A stretch of DNA of 64,000 nt, taken from the NCBI RefSeq assembly GCF_945862485.1, contig NZ_CAMAYF010000001.1:25401-89400 (forward strand), in the 5' to 3' direction. How positions within the stretch are numbered: position 1 is the stretch's first letter; each line of letters begins with the position of its first letter. Origin of the DNA: Sphingorhabdus sp. EL138 (GTDB lineage Bacteria > Pseudomonadota > Alphaproteobacteria > Sphingomonadales > Sphingomonadaceae). The position numbers and the translations under genes are program-made. A model generated the notes under the pieces. That model saw only the letters and a program-made list of their open reading frames with translations. It was not told the DNA's origin and searched no databases. Of the stretch, positions 19,993 to 31,283 are shown piece after piece.

Positions 19993-20211
19993 TTATTTAA
20001 AGCGGTACGTGATCCGGCCTTTGGTCAGATCATAAGGAGTCAGTTCGCACAGCACTTCGTCACCCACGAGGACGCGGATACGGTTCTTGCGCATCTTTCC
20101 GGCGGTATGGCCCAAAACTTCATGGCCATTTTCAAGCTCAACACGGAACATAGCATTGGGCAGCAATTCACGGACTGTCCCACGCATTTCAAGTAATTCT
20201 TCTTTTGCCAT
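19993..20211 (-). CDS. infA: translation initiation factor IF-1
   Basis: [51 protein letters not shown]...; 72 aa, preceded by AAGGGG. The upstream part of the track ORF is unlikely to be coding. Confidence 0.95.
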   Translation of the reverse strand: MAKEELLEMRGTVRELLPNAMFRVELENGHEVLGHTAGKMRKNRIRVLVGDEVLCELTPYDLTKGRITYRFK

Positions 20212-20390
20212 TCGGCCCCTTAAATCTTCAAAAATCGAACGATGTTGCGCCTGTAAACCTAATGTTGGAAAAAGGGAAGCACTACAGTATAATCGCTTCA
20301 TTGCTAGAAAATGCGATGCAGTTTAGAGGCACGGCCTTGAATTTTACATTATGCTTACGACGTAGCACCATATAAACTGAGCTTCGCCCC

Positions 20391-23072
20391 ATGACAATTT
20401 CCCGTTTGAGTGCAATCTTGCTTGCATCAACCGCAATGCCCGCAATAGCGATGGACGATGCCCAGAGCACAGGCAGCAGTGTGGCCATGCCCGGTGGCGA
20501 CGCCAAAGATGCGGTTGAAGTCGGGTCTTCACGCGAAATCGTCGTTACGGCGGAACGCATTAAGGGCTCGGTGGACACCGACGTCCCGCCCGTCGAGGAG
20601 CTGAACGAAGCCGATATTGCCTCCTTGGGTGCATCATCGCTGACGGAGCTTGTCGCGGCGGTCGCACCGCAAGCCAATTCGGGCCGCGGACGCGGCGGTG
20701 GCATGCCTATCATCTTGCTCAATGGCCAACGCGTATCGGGCTTCCGTGAATTGCGTGATTTGCCGCCAGAGGCCATTCGTCAGGTCCAGATTTTCCCAGA
20801 AGAAGTGGCGCTCAAATTTGGTTTCCGACCCGACCAAAGGGTGATCAACTTCATCTTGAAGGATAATTTTGCTTCTTTCGCCGCCGAAATCGAACATGCC
20901 CAGCCGCAGGATGGTGGCTTTGGCACAAATGAATTTGAAACGACGCTGACGCGCATCGGGCCAAAAACGCGATTTAATCTGGATATTGAGCTTGAGCGCG
21001 CGACGGCGCTGACTGAGTCCGAACGCGACCTTATTTCTTCAGCTGGGTCGTCGCTGGCGCGTGGCGGCAATATCAGCGGCCTTGGCGTGAATGGAGCCAT
21101 TTCGCCTGCCTTAAGCGCGCTTGCCGGAAGCAATGTGACTAAAGCGGGCATTCCGTTGGGCATATCCAACCCATCATTGGCGCAATTTGCCAGCACAGCA
21201 AATCGCCTGAATGACGGGAATATTGGCGATGTCCGGACATTGCTGCCCCGCACCGAACGGCTGGAGATGAACGGCACATGGAGCAGGTCGCTTGGCCCGC
21301 AAACAATTTTGTCGTTCAACGCAAACTATGCGCTGAGGGGCAGCGAATCTTTGCTGGGTTTGCCCGGTACAAGCTTCGTATTGCCCCGCAGCAGTCCGTT
21401 TTCGCCCTTCGGCCAGGATGTGACACTCAGCCGCTATTTCGACGCCCCGCGCCCCCTAGAACGGGAAAGCGAAACACATGTGTTCCAGACGGGTAGCACG
21501 TTCAACCATGCGCTGGGCAGATGGCGGTGGACATTAACGGGCAATTATGCGCGCACGGCCAATGACACACGCACCACGCGCAACGCAGATTTCACCGCAT
21601 TACGCGCTGGTGTGCTTGCGGGAACCATTAATCCGTTTGCTGCGGATTTCGGTGCGAATTTGCTGTTTCTTGCGCCCGATCTCGCCAACAGTCTGAACCA
21701 GAATATGGACGTGCGCAGCACCCTTGCGGGAACGGTGCTCAAATTGCCCGCAGGCGATGTGCAGATGACGTTCGCGTCTGGCCTTACCCGACAAATGCTG
21801 GACAGCGAGACATGGCGATCAGGCGTCACGACCGACATATCCTTGCGTCGGAACATCATGAACCATTCGGTCAATGCGGAATTGCCCCTCACGAGCCGCG
21901 ATTTCGGCCTTGGCGCCGCGATTGGCGAATGGGCGGTCAATGGTAATATCGGCTATAGCGACCTGTCCGATTTCGGAAAGCTGTTGGAATATGGTGCTGG
22001 CCTGCGCTGGGCCCCTGCGCGCAATCTAACCATTCAGGCTTCAATTACAGGCGATGAAAACGCACCCGGCATTGGCCAACTGGGCAACCCAGTTTTGGTC
22101 ACACCCAATGTCGCAACCTATGATTTCACGCGCGGCGAAAGCCTGTTCATCAACGTCATTACCGGCGGCAACGCCGCGCTGATCGGTGAAAAGCGCCGCG
22201 ATGTCATATTGAACGCGAATTGGAACCCCGATTTCATCAAGGATTTCGCGCTACAGTTCAGCTATTTCAAAAATAACAGCCGCAACACGACAGCCGCCTT
22301 CCCCCTGCTGACGCCAGAAATTGAAGCCGCCTTTGCCAGCCGTGTTGTCCGCGATGCGCAAGGCCGGTTGGTTAGCATCGACCAACGTCCAGTGAATTTC
22401 GACCGTGAAATATCCCAACGGATCCGCTGGGGCTTTAATCTGTCAGGCAATATCGGCGCGGCCACGCCTCCGCGTGGGCCATTCGGCGGGCCTCCTGCTG
22501 CGGCAAGAGGTGGTTCTGGTGCGCCGCGGGCTGCAGGTGGTGGATTTGGTGGCGGGGCTCGTTTTGGTGCACCCGGCGGTGGCCAGCCCAGCCGCTGGAA
22601 CATCGCTTTATACCACAGCTACCGCATCGAAGACGAAATCCTTATCCGTCCCGGCGTGCCTGTACTCGATTTGCTCAACGGCTCAGCCACCAGCAACAAT
22701 GGCGGCGCATCACGGCATGAGATAGAGCTTTCAGGTGGCCTTTTCCACAAGGGCTTTGGCTTCCGGCTGCAAGGGACGTACAAAAGCGCAACCACAGCCG
22801 ACGGCACTGGCCTTGCCGGTAGCAATGACCTGCGATTTAGCGACATTGCCGCCGTCAGTGCATTTCTGTTTATCAATCTGGACCAGCAAGCGCGCGTCAT
22901 AAAGGCCCTGCCTTTGCTGAAAGGTAGCCGCATCTCATTCCGCATCGAAAATATCTTGAACGATATTGTCGATGTGCGCGATCAGAATGGCAATGTGCCT
23001 TTGGGCTATCAACCGGGTTATATCGACCCGCGTGGCCGGGTATTTGAATTGAGCTTCAGAAAGCGGTTCTGA
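20391..23072 (+). CDS. TonB-dependent-receptor-like outer membrane protein with a Gly-rich insert
   Basis: Signal peptide, plug-like segment (EIVVTAERIKG, ILLNGQRVSGF, VQIFPEEVALKFG) and a C-terminal beta-barrel ending FELSFRKRF. There is a low-complexity GGPPAAARGGSGAPRAAGGGFGGGARFGAPGGG tract. Confidence 0.75.
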   Translation: MTISRLSAILLASTAMPAIAMDDAQSTGSSVAMPGGDAKDAVEVGSSREIVVTAERIKGSVDTDVPPVEELNEADIASLGASSLTELVAAVAPQANSGRGRGGGMPIILLNGQRVSGFRELRDLPPEAIRQVQIFPEEVALKFGFRPDQRVINFILKDNFASFAAEIEHAQPQDGGFGTNEFETTLTRIGPKTRFNLDIELERATALTESERDLISSAGSSLARGGNISGLGVNGAISPALSALAGSNVTKAGIPLGISNPSLAQFASTANRLNDGNIGDVRTLLPRTERLEMNGTWSRSLGPQTILSFNANYALRGSESLLGLPGTSFVLPRSSPFSPFGQDVTLSRYFDAPRPLERESETHVFQTGSTFNHALGRWRWTLTGNYARTANDTRTTRNADFTALRAGVLAGTINPFAADFGANLLFLAPDLANSLNQNMDVRSTLAGTVLKLPAGDVQMTFASGLTRQMLDSETWRSGVTTDISLRRNIMNHSVNAELPLTSRDFGLGAAIGEWAVNGNIGYSDLSDFGKLLEYGAGLRWAPARNLTIQASITGDENAPGIGQLGNPVLVTPNVATYDFTRGESLFINVITGGNAALIGEKRRDVILNANWNPDFIKDFALQFSYFKNNSRNTTAAFPLLTPEIEAAFASRVVRDAQGRLVSIDQRPVNFDREISQRIRWGFNLSGNIGAATPPRGPFGGPPAAARGGSGAPRAAGGGFGGGARFGAPGGGQPSRWNIALYHSYRIEDEILIRPGVPVLDLLNGSATSNNGGASRHEIELSGGLFHKGFGFRLQGTYKSATTADGTGLAGSNDLRFSDIAAVSAFLFINLDQQARVIKALPLLKGSRISFRIENILNDIVDVRDQNGNVPLGYQPGYIDPRGRVFELSFRKRF

Positions 23073-23096
23073 GCAATCGGAACAGCACATAAAAAA

Positions 23097-23122
23097 CCCC
23101 GCCGGAATTGCTTCCAGCGGGG
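23097..23122. terminator. hairpin between convergent genes (probable bidirectional terminator)
   Basis: CCCCGCCGG-aattgctt-CCAGCGGGG flanked by an A-run and a T-rich run. Confidence 0.5.
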
Positions 23123-23148
23123 TCTTAAAACTTAAAACTGATTAAACG

Positions 23149-25245
23149 TTACATGCCGCCATGGGCCAATGCTGCCAAGAGGAGCAAGGCCACGATATTC
23201 GTGATCTTGATCATTGGGTTCACAGCAGGTCCAGCGGTGTCCTTATACGGGTCACCCACGGTGTCGCCGGTTACAGCTGCCTTATGAGCCTCCGAACCTT
23301 TACCGCCATGGTTGCCGTCTTCGATGTATTTCTTGGCATTGTCCCATGCGCCGCCACCCGATGTCATCGAGATAGCAACGAACAGACCGCCGACAATCAC
23401 ACCGAGCAGGAGTGCGCCAAGAGCCGCAAAGCCCTCCGCCTGACCTGCAACGGCCGTAATCACGAAATAGACCGCAATTGGTGTCAGCACGGGCAGCAAG
23501 GACGGAATAATCATTTCCTTAATCGCTGCCTTGGTGACCAAGTCGACGGTACGCGCATAATTTGGCTTTGACTTGTAGGTCATGATGCCGGGGTCGTTTG
23601 CGAACTGGTCACGCACGTCCTTCACCACTTCACCCGCCGCACGACCCACAGCCGTCATGCCCATCGCACCAAACAGATATGGCAGAAGCGCACCAAGCAG
23701 AAGCCCGACGATCACATAGGGGTTTTCAAGGCTGAAATTCACCGCAAGATCAGGGAAATATTCCCGAAGATCGGCGGTGTAGCACGCGAACAGCACCAAC
23801 GCTGCCAGACCCGCCGAACCAATGGCATAGCCCTTGGTCACAGCCTTTGTCGTGTTGCCCACAGCATCCAACGCATCGGTCTTTTCACGGACAGAATCGT
23901 CAAGGCCAGCCATTTCGGCAATACCACCGGCATTGTCGGTAACTGGGCCATAGGCATCAAGCGCCACAACCATACCGGCCAACGCCAACATGGCAGTCGC
24001 GGCAAAGGCAATGCCGATAACGCCAGCCAATTGATAAGCGATGATGATACCTGCGCAGATTACAATCGTTGGCATCGCGGTGGATTCAAGGCTGATTGCC
24101 AGACCTTGAATAACGTTGGTGCCGTGGCCTGTTTCAGATGCTTTCGCAATCGAACGGACCGGACGATAATTGGTGCCGGTATAATATTCGGTAATCCATA
24201 TGATCAGGCCAGTGATGACAAGGCCAAGCAACGAGCAATAGAATAATGTCCGGCCGGTGAACCCGCCAACATCATTTGACATGCCGCCCAGAGCGAAGTC
24301 GATAGCAAACCAAATCGCCGGAACCGACAATATGGCCGTGACCAAAAAGCCCTTGTACATCGCGCCCATGATATTCTTTCCGCCGCCAAGACGGACGAAA
24401 TAGGTACCGATGATCGAGGTGATGACGCACACGCCGCCAATCAACAATGGCAAGCTCATGAGGTTCATGAACAACGCATTGTCGGTCACGCCCTGCACCA
24501 GCAAGGCGATCAACACCATCGTTGCACCAACGGTCACAACATAGGTTTCGAACAAGTCAGCTGCCATACCGGCGCAATCGCCGACATTGTCGCCGACATT
24601 ATCCGCGATAACGGCGGGGTTACGAGGATCGTCTTCGGGAATGCCAGCCTCAACCTTGCCGACAAGGTCAGCGCCGACGTCAGCAGCCTTGGTAAAGATA
24701 CCGCCACCCAAACGTGCGAAGATGGAAATCAGCGATGCACCAAATGCCAATGCTACAAGCGCATCAATAACAGGGCGGCTGTTCGGTGCCATCATTGCGA
24801 CATCGGTGAGATACCAGAAAAACACAGCAATCGCGAGCAAGGCAAGGCCGGCCACGAGCATTCCGGTAATCGCACCAGCGCGGAACGCCATTGTCAAACC
24901 GGCTTGAAGCCCGGTCTGCGCCGCAGCGGCCGTGCGCACATTTGCACGCACCGAAATGTTCATCCCGATATAGCCCGCAACGCCCGAAAGCACTGCCCCG
25001 ATCACGAAACCAACGGTTGGTATAACGCCGAGGAACAAGGCCACCAACACCGCAACCACGACGCCTACAATGGCGATGGTCCGATATTGACGACCAAGAT
25101 AGGCTTTGGCGCCTTCTTGAATGGCAGCAGCGATTTCCTGCATTTTTTCATTACCGGCCGGTGCACTCAGCACCTGGCGGCTGGTTACAAAACCGTACAC
25201 TACGGCCAATAACCCGCATAATATTGCGATAATTGTCAGAGACAT
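23149..25245 (-). CDS. hppA: membrane-bound proton-translocating pyrophosphatase
   Basis: 698-aa polytopic protein with H+-PPase motifs [28 protein letters not shown] and [18 protein letters not shown]. Confidence 0.95.
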   Translation of the reverse strand: MSLTIIAILCGLLAVVYGFVTSRQVLSAPAGNEKMQEIAAAIQEGAKAYLGRQYRTIAIVGVVVAVLVALFLGVIPTVGFVIGAVLSGVAGYIGMNISVRANVRTAAAAQTGLQAGLTMAFRAGAITGMLVAGLALLAIAVFFWYLTDVAMMAPNSRPVIDALVALAFGASLISIFARLGGGIFTKAADVGADLVGKVEAGIPEDDPRNPAVIADNVGDNVGDCAGMAADLFETYVVTVGATMVLIALLVQGVTDNALFMNLMSLPLLIGGVCVITSIIGTYFVRLGGGKNIMGAMYKGFLVTAILSVPAIWFAIDFALGGMSNDVGGFTGRTLFYCSLLGLVITGLIIWITEYYTGTNYRPVRSIAKASETGHGTNVIQGLAISLESTAMPTIVICAGIIIAYQLAGVIGIAFAATAMLALAGMVVALDAYGPVTDNAGGIAEMAGLDDSVREKTDALDAVGNTTKAVTKGYAIGSAGLAALVLFACYTADLREYFPDLAVNFSLENPYVIVGLLLGALLPYLFGAMGMTAVGRAAGEVVKDVRDQFANDPGIMTYKSKPNYARTVDLVTKAAIKEMIIPSLLPVLTPIAVYFVITAVAGQAEGFAALGALLLGVIVGGLFVAISMTSGGGAWDNAKKYIEDGNHGGKGSEAHKAAVTGDTVGDPYKDTAGPAVNPMIKITNIVALLLLAALAHGGM

Positions 25246-25383
25246 GAAATTATCTCTCCCCTCCTATATTGGATAAACACATATTTCTGCCCTTCCCCTG
25301 CAGAGAATTGCAAGCCGTTGCCGTATAAGACGGCATAGTTAGAGATGGCAACCCATTAAACGTGGCCTTTTCTGCGCTGCATT

Positions 25384-26301
25384 TCATTGATGTTGATAAC
25401 CAAGTGTTGGCGGCAGCTTTACCGGATTCCCGCCATGTTTTAAGGTGAGCCCCCCGCCAGACACCACGCGGCCAATCGCCGTTGCGCGCACGGGTATCAC
25501 GGCTTCGGGTGATGCGGTGAACAGCAATTGATAATCATCGCCCCAGCTTGCCGCCTGCATACGGCTTTCAAGGCTGTCGGTACGATAGCTGATATAAAGC
25601 GGCGATAAAGGCACGCACGCAAGGTCTATTTCTATGCCAATCTGGCTGGCGCGCGCCAAGCGTTCGGCATCCAGCAGCAAGCCATCCGACACATCCATCA
25701 TCGCAGTGACGATCGGCGCAAGCTTTTGGCCGTCGGCCAGCCGCGCGACGGGCCGATTAAACGCATCGGCCAGTGGCCCAACCTCATCAAAACCAGCGTC
25801 AATCAGCTCAAATCCCGCCAAGGCATCGCCGAGCGTCCCTGTCACATATAAAATGTCTCCAATTTGGGCGCCGGATCGCGATGGCACGGGAATATGCGTT
25901 GCCCTCCCCAAAGCGGTCAGCCCCAGCGCCCGTTTATCTCCACGATTGGCAACGGTGTCTCCGCCAAGCAAAGCGACATTATAATGCGCCAACGCCTTTT
26001 CCAGGCCAATGGCAAACGCCCGGTCCCACGCATCATCGCCGAGCATGAAGCCAAGCAGCACACCAATGGGCGCGGCGCCCTTGGCGGCCAAATCGGACAG
26101 GTTCGACGCCAGCAATTTCCACGCTACATCCGCCGGATTGGCGTTTGATCGGAAATGCACGCCTTCGGCCATCATGTCATGGGTGATAATCAAAGACGCA
26201 TCACTTATGTCCATAACTGCAACATCGTCCAGCAAGCCACGCGCCGCAGGGTCATTGGCAAAGCCACGCAAAAGGTTGATGAAGCTGGATTCGGTGGTCA
26301 T
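25384..26301 (-). CDS. thiL: thiamine-monophosphate kinase
   Basis: AIR-synthase-like N-terminal domain (DDVAVMD, THDMMAEGVHF) in the position after nusB. Confidence 0.9.
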   Translation of the reverse strand: MTTESSFINLLRGFANDPAARGLLDDVAVMDISDASLIITHDMMAEGVHFRSNANPADVAWKLLASNLSDLAAKGAAPIGVLLGFMLGDDAWDRAFAIGLEKALAHYNVALLGGDTVANRGDKRALGLTALGRATHIPVPSRSGAQIGDILYVTGTLGDALAGFELIDAGFDEVGPLADAFNRPVARLADGQKLAPIVTAMMDVSDGLLLDAERLARASQIGIEIDLACVPLSPLYISYRTDSLESRMQAASWGDDYQLLFTASPEAVIPVRATAIGRVVSGGGLTLKHGGNPVKLPPTLGYQHQ

Positions 26302-26357
26302 AGTGCAACGTTAACGCATGGCGAAGACATGCAGAACCCTATTCCGGACAGCGCCGT

Positions 26358-26822
26358 TCAACGGGCGCGTACGTCCTTGGCAACGGCGTCCAGCAAGCCA
26401 TTGACGAACTTCGCGTCCTTCTTGTCAAAAAACGCATGAGCAACGTCGAGATATTCGTCGATCACTGTCGCGGTTGGCACATCTGGCCGTGCAATCAATT
26501 CATACGTGCCGCAGCGCAGGATTTGGAGCATCGTCTTGTCTAAACGATCCATCTTCCATTTCTCACCCAGCTTGCCATCGACCAGCCCGTCGATTTCCGC
26601 ACGCCGTGCATCAACGCCCGAGACAACATCATCGAAGAAATCGGGGTCGGCATCGGCATATTGCGCGTCTTCGATTTCCTGACCCAGCCGGTGCGCATGA
26701 AATTCATTCAGCAGGCGGGCAATGCCGATGTCTTCCATATCCATTTGATACAGCGCCTGCACCGACGCCAGACGCGCCGCCGAACGGGATTTGGATTTCG
26801 CACTGGCGTTATGGGCACTCAT
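26358..26822 (-). CDS. nusB: transcription antitermination factor NusB
   Basis: RSAARLASVQALYQMDM near the N-terminus and a typical NusB length. Confidence 0.9.
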   Translation of the reverse strand: MSAHNASAKSKSRSAARLASVQALYQMDMEDIGIARLLNEFHAHRLGQEIEDAQYADADPDFFDDVVSGVDARRAEIDGLVDGKLGEKWKMDRLDKTMLQILRCGTYELIARPDVPTATVIDEYLDVAHAFFDKKDAKFVNGLLDAVAKDVRAR

Positions 26823-28108
26823 AATCTTTTCCTGACACTCGCCGCATGGGCGGGTAAACCTTCGGCATCGGCAAGCGTTGCCGCCGCCGGACCAATTTTA
26901 TGGATAGCCTGTTGATCAAGCGCAATGAAGCTGGTCCGCTTCATGAAATCCAGCACCGACAGGCCAGATGCAAAGCGCGCGCGCCGTCCGGTAGGCAACA
27001 CATGATTAGGTCCGGCAACATAATCGCCAATCGCCTCAGGCGTCATGCGGCCCAAAAATACCGACCCTGCGTGACGCACGAGGTCAAACAGCCGTTCGGC
27101 GCGGTCATCATCGACCGCAAGTTCCAAATGCTCTGCCGCCAACCGGTTGACCAAAGGCATTGCGCCTTCCAGATCATCGACCACGATAATCGCGCCAAAA
27201 TCCGTCCAACTCGCCCGCGCAACCGCACCAGTGGACAGCATCGCAATTTGCGCGTCAACAGCCGCCGCGACTTGGGTGGCAAATTTGGCATTGTCCGTGA
27301 ACAATATCGACTGGCTCGTCGGGTCATGTTCGGCCTGACTTAACAAATCCGCCGCAATCCATTCAGGGTTATTTTGGGCATCGGCCACCACAACGATTTC
27401 CGATGGTCCAGCCACCATATCGATGCCAACCACACCATAAAGCTGCCGCTTTGCCTCGGCCACCCAAGCGTTACCGGGGCCCGTGATGACATCCACCGGG
27501 CGAATGTGCTCGGTTCCATAGGCAAGCGCCGCAATCGCCTGCGCGCCCCCGACGCGCCAGATTTCGTCCACACCCGCCACATGTGCGGCGGCCATAACGG
27601 TCTGGTTGGTTTCGCCGCCGGGTGTTGGCGTGACCATGACAATGCGCGCAACACCAGCCACCTTAGCAGGAATGATATTCATCAACACCGATGATGGATA
27701 GGCCGCACGGCCACCGGGGACATAGACCCCCGCCGCATCCACCGCCGACCAACGCGCGCCTAAACGCACATTGTCGTTGTCGCGATAATCACGGTCCTCT
27801 GGCAGTTGCGCCTTGTGATAGGCCTCAATCCGCTTCGCCGCGAGCGTCAGCGCGTCGCGCAAATCGGGTTCCAGAGCCTCATAGGCCGCCTTGCACTGCG
27901 CCGCGTCAATCTGCCAACCCGCTGTGTTCAGATCGAAACCATCAAAACGCTGAGTCATTTCCGCCAGCGTCACGTCCCCATGCGCGCGGACATCTTTTAT
28001 GGTTTGTGCCACAGCGCTCGATACATCGGCATCCGCCTCACGCCGGCCATTGACCAAAGCGTCAAATGCATCCGCAAAACCAATGTCGGAAGAATTAAGC
28101 CGCTGCAC
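26819..28108 (-). CDS. hisD: histidinol dehydrogenase
   Basis: 429 aa with the motifs QAEHDP and [13 protein letters not shown]. Confidence 0.95.
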   Translation of the reverse strand: MQRLNSSDIGFADAFDALVNGRREADADVSSAVAQTIKDVRAHGDVTLAEMTQRFDGFDLNTAGWQIDAAQCKAAYEALEPDLRDALTLAAKRIEAYHKAQLPEDRDYRDNDNVRLGARWSAVDAAGVYVPGGRAAYPSSVLMNIIPAKVAGVARIVMVTPTPGGETNQTVMAAAHVAGVDEIWRVGGAQAIAALAYGTEHIRPVDVITGPGNAWVAEAKRQLYGVVGIDMVAGPSEIVVVADAQNNPEWIAADLLSQAEHDPTSQSILFTDNAKFATQVAAAVDAQIAMLSTGAVARASWTDFGAIIVVDDLEGAMPLVNRLAAEHLELAVDDDRAERLFDLVRHAGSVFLGRMTPEAIGDYVAGPNHVLPTGRRARFASGLSVLDFMKRTSFIALDQQAIHKIGPAAATLADAEGLPAHAASVRKRL

Positions 28109-28751
28109 GTGCGCCCGTCAATTCCCGGAAACGTTGCACCATAGCCGGAATAGTCCCGCTCATCATCTTATATGCCGCGCGGTTAACGATCAGCCGCGCG
28201 GACACTTGGCTAATGACGGCCGTTTCGACAAGGCCATTTTCGGCGAGCGTTTTGCCCGATGACACCAAATCCACAATCCGACCCGAAAGCCCAAGCGAAG
28301 GCGCAAGTTCCATCGCACCATTCAACTTCACGCATTCGGCCTGAATACCCCGCGCGTGATAATAACGGCTGGTCGTTCCGGGATATTTGGTGGCGACACG
28401 GATATGCCCGCCATTAACATCGTCGGGCACGCCCTGCGGCATCGCCACCGATATGCGGCAACGGCCAATGCCCAAGTCCACGGGCGCATATAGCTCCGAA
28501 TAATCAAATTCGTCGATAACGTCCGAACCGACAATGCCAATCTGCGCCGCGCCATGGGCGACAAAGGTCGCCACATCGAACGCGCGGACGCGAATGATGC
28601 TGATCGCCGGATCGTTGGTCGCGAACAAAAGCGCGCGGCTGGCCTCATCAAAAAACGCAGCTTCGGGCTGTATTCCCGCCGCTTGCATCAACGGCAAAGC
28701 CTCGTCGAGAATCCGTCCCTTAGGGATTGCAAAGATGATTGGTTCGGTCAC
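28095..28751 (-). CDS. hisG: ATP phosphoribosyltransferase, short form
   Basis: 218 aa, [16 protein letters not shown] at the N-terminus and [14 protein letters not shown]. It overlaps hisD. Confidence 0.9.
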   Translation of the reverse strand: MTEPIIFAIPKGRILDEALPLMQAAGIQPEAAFFDEASRALLFATNDPAISIIRVRAFDVATFVAHGAAQIGIVGSDVIDEFDYSELYAPVDLGIGRCRISVAMPQGVPDDVNGGHIRVATKYPGTTSRYYHARGIQAECVKLNGAMELAPSLGLSGRIVDLVSSGKTLAENGLVETAVISQVSARLIVNRAAYKMMSGTIPAMVQRFRELTGARAAA

Positions 28752-28852
28752 AATGACCGCGCTTTACGGGTCGCGGGCGGAAAGGGCAATATGGCAGAGA
28801 ATATTGGGGCCGATGAAGCGATCACCGGTGCAGATTTATTCTGGCGCGGCGA

Positions 28853-29767
28853 TTAGGCTAAAAATCTGTCCATCGCAGCATTTACCGTATCGGGTTGTTC
28901 CCAAATCACGAAATGCCCGCAATTTTCAACGGGCGCGATTGTTACATCAGGCACAAGTTCCTCTAGGCCGTCAATATTGCTGGGCGGCAAAGCCAGGTCA
29001 TCCATCGCCCAAACCACTAAGGTCGGGATCATCAGCGGTGGAAATGCGCCAGCGGCAAAGGCAGGGATTTCCGCATCCTCATCCATCGCGGGCACATATA
29101 ACGCGGACGCGCGATACCAATTGAGCATCCCGAAACAGGTGTCGCGGTCGGTCCAATCGGCGAGCAACGCGGCGCGTTCCTCCGGCTCCATCGCATTTGG
29201 CTTGTCCCATTTAATCGTTTTCAACATCAAGCCGGTGAGGCCATGTTCCTGCACCAAAGCGTCGTTCGCCGGATCGCGAAAGGCGCGAATATATTGGCTG
29301 GATTCGCGCTGGTTCATGTCGGTGATCAACAAGCGCTGAAAAATATAGGGATGCGGCGCATTAGCGATAATCGCGCGTGACACCCGTCCCGCCCAAGCGG
29401 GGTTGAGCGCGCCAGCCTGCCCATTTAACGCAACGCTCCACGCAATCGCCCCACCCCAATCATGGCCCGCAATGATGAATTGTTGCACATGCAAGGCATC
29501 AGCCAACGCAAAGATATCGGCGGTCAGCTTGTCCGCCGTATAGGCATCGACCTGTTTGGGCTGTGACGTCCCACGATAGCCGCGCTGATCAGGCGCGATG
29601 CAATAAAAACGGTCGGCGAAATGCGCGATTTGGTGCCGCCATGTGCGGTGCGATTCGGGAAAGCCATGCAGGAAGATAATCGCCGGATTTTTGGGATCAC
29701 CGGCCGTAAATACATCCATGTCTATGCCCGTCGACAGCGACAGGCGGTGCGGAGAAAGCTCGATCAT
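28853..29767 (-). CDS. alpha/beta hydrolase (epoxide hydrolase / haloalkane dehalogenase-like)
   Basis: FLHGFPESHRTWRHQI and the nucleophile elbow AGHDWGG. Confidence 0.8.
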   Translation of the reverse strand: MIELSPHRLSLSTGIDMDVFTAGDPKNPAIIFLHGFPESHRTWRHQIAHFADRFYCIAPDQRGYRGTSQPKQVDAYTADKLTADIFALADALHVQQFIIAGHDWGGAIAWSVALNGQAGALNPAWAGRVSRAIIANAPHPYIFQRLLITDMNQRESSQYIRAFRDPANDALVQEHGLTGLMLKTIKWDKPNAMEPEERAALLADWTDRDTCFGMLNWYRASALYVPAMDEDAEIPAFAAGAFPPLMIPTLVVWAMDDLALPPSNIDGLEELVPDVTIAPVENCGHFVIWEQPDTVNAAMDRFLA

Positions 29768-29790
29768 GTCATGTGGCCCCGTTGCTGAGC

Positions 29791-30309
29791 TTAGTTGACC
29801 CGCTTCACGCGGATGCCCCGGCCGTTCATCACCAACAAGAAGCTGCCAAGCGCGCCGCGTTTAATAACAAAGGCTTTGCCGTCCTTCAAAAGCAAGGGGG
29901 TCGCTTCCATGGTCTGCCAGACCCCTGCATCTTTGACCGTGAACTGGTATTTACCGGCCCCTATGGATTGCACACCCGCCAGATTGCCTTCAACTTGTTT
30001 GAATTCTGCTTCCTGCTCTGCGTCGCTTTCGCCAAAAAACGGAATTTTAGGTAAGGAAAAACCAAATAAAGACTTTTGAGTTTTGCGCACATCATCTTGG
30101 TCCAGCATCACAATCTGCCGATTGTCAGCGGCATCTTCCAACGCCTTGGTTGCCGCATCAAAGCATGTAAGACGCGCAGCGGCGTCAGCCAAGGCGCGGC
30201 AGGCGAGAATGTCTGTGTACACCTTCGGTCGGTTCGTCTGTGTATCAGCGGCAAAAGCAGGGGAAGCACATAACGCAACCAGAAGAACAACTTGTGTCAA
30301 TTTAGGCAT
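29791..30309 (-). CDS. hypothetical exported protein
   Basis: Signal peptide MPKLTQVVLLVALCASPAFA. I recognise no family. Confidence 0.6.
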   Translation of the reverse strand: MPKLTQVVLLVALCASPAFAADTQTNRPKVYTDILACRALADAAARLTCFDAATKALEDAADNRQIVMLDQDDVRKTQKSLFGFSLPKIPFFGESDAEQEAEFKQVEGNLAGVQSIGAGKYQFTVKDAGVWQTMEATPLLLKDGKAFVIKRGALGSFLLVMNGRGIRVKRVN

Positions 30310-30354
30310 ATATTCGTCTCCGCTATTGGCCGATTTTCTAATGTCCTAGAATAT

Positions 30355-30633
30355 CTAAATCTCGCCGGGTGCACTAGCCTTGATGGCCAGCGCATGAACA
30401 CGCGTTCCGGGAATATCACCCAGCGCCTTGTTCACCATACGTTGCCGAATCAGGCGGGAAACACCAGTAAAGGCCGCGCTTTCAATTTCGATGGTAAAGT
30501 GGGATTCGCCGGACCCATCATCGCCGCTATGGCCGTGATGTTTGGCGCTGTCGTTGATCACGGATAGGCGGGTTGGCGCAAATGCTGTTTCAAGCAGCAT
30601 TTCCATTTCCAGTTGTGCGGGACCTTTTTTCAT
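30355..30633 (-). CDS. BolA family protein
   Basis: INDSAKHHGHSGDDGSGESHFTIEIES..F.G.SRLIRQRMV is typical of BolA. The start is at MKKGPAQ (M22 of the track ORF). Confidence 0.8.
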   Translation of the reverse strand: MKKGPAQLEMEMLLETAFAPTRLSVINDSAKHHGHSGDDGSGESHFTIEIESAAFTGVSRLIRQRMVNKALGDIPGTRVHALAIKASAPGEI

Positions 30634-30676
30634 AGCCTGCTCTTCCCATATGGCGGGTTTTTCGCCAAGGAAAATC

Positions 30677-31273
30677 ATGGCCTCCGAGCGTTCCACTGAC
30701 AGATTTCACGGTCGCATTCACGGCGCGGGGCGGCGATGCGCCTATCCGCGTTGCCACGAAGCAGGGGAATTTCGTGCGCCTGATCCCAAAGGACAGGCCG
30801 CATCGGCGAACGGTCCCGGCGACTATCAATATCTCTGCCTTGACCATGTGCGGCAGTTTAATGCGGGCTATAACTGGTTTGCGGGCATGACGGCGGATGA
30901 AATTTCCATGGCGCAAAGCCCCACACAATTCTGGCCCAGTGAAACCCGCGCTTTTCGTGCCAATGGCAATGTCGATTCGCCGCCGAAATGGGCGGACTTT
31001 AAAGACCCGCTGGATGCTATCTCGACCCGGTTCCGGTCGCGCCTCCCCAAAGAGCGGGCCGATGGCCATTTTCTGTCGCTTGAAGACCGCAAAGCGTTGC
31101 GGACGCTAGGGCTTAGCGAGGATGCCGACCGCCGCGCCTTACGCAGCGCCTATTCGGCGAAGGTGCGCGCGTATCATCCGGACAAAAATGGCGGCAACCG
31201 CTCTTATGAAAAGGCTTTGCAAGACGTGATTGCTGCCTATACGCACCTTAAAACTTCGCCCGCTTTCATTTGA
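30677..31273 (+). CDS. J-domain (DnaJ-like) protein with an N-terminal Cys-rich region
   Basis: C-terminal J domain [19 protein letters not shown] and N-terminal CAYPRCHE...[14 protein letters not shown] precedes the ATG at 30677. Confidence 0.75.
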   Translation: MASERSTDRFHGRIHGAGRRCAYPRCHEAGEFRAPDPKGQAASANGPGDYQYLCLDHVRQFNAGYNWFAGMTADEISMAQSPTQFWPSETRAFRANGNVDSPPKWADFKDPLDAISTRFRSRLPKERADGHFLSLEDRKALRTLGLSEDADRRALRSAYSAKVRAYHPDKNGGNRSYEKALQDVIAAYTHLKTSPAFI

Positions 31274-31283
31274 CGAGAATAAC

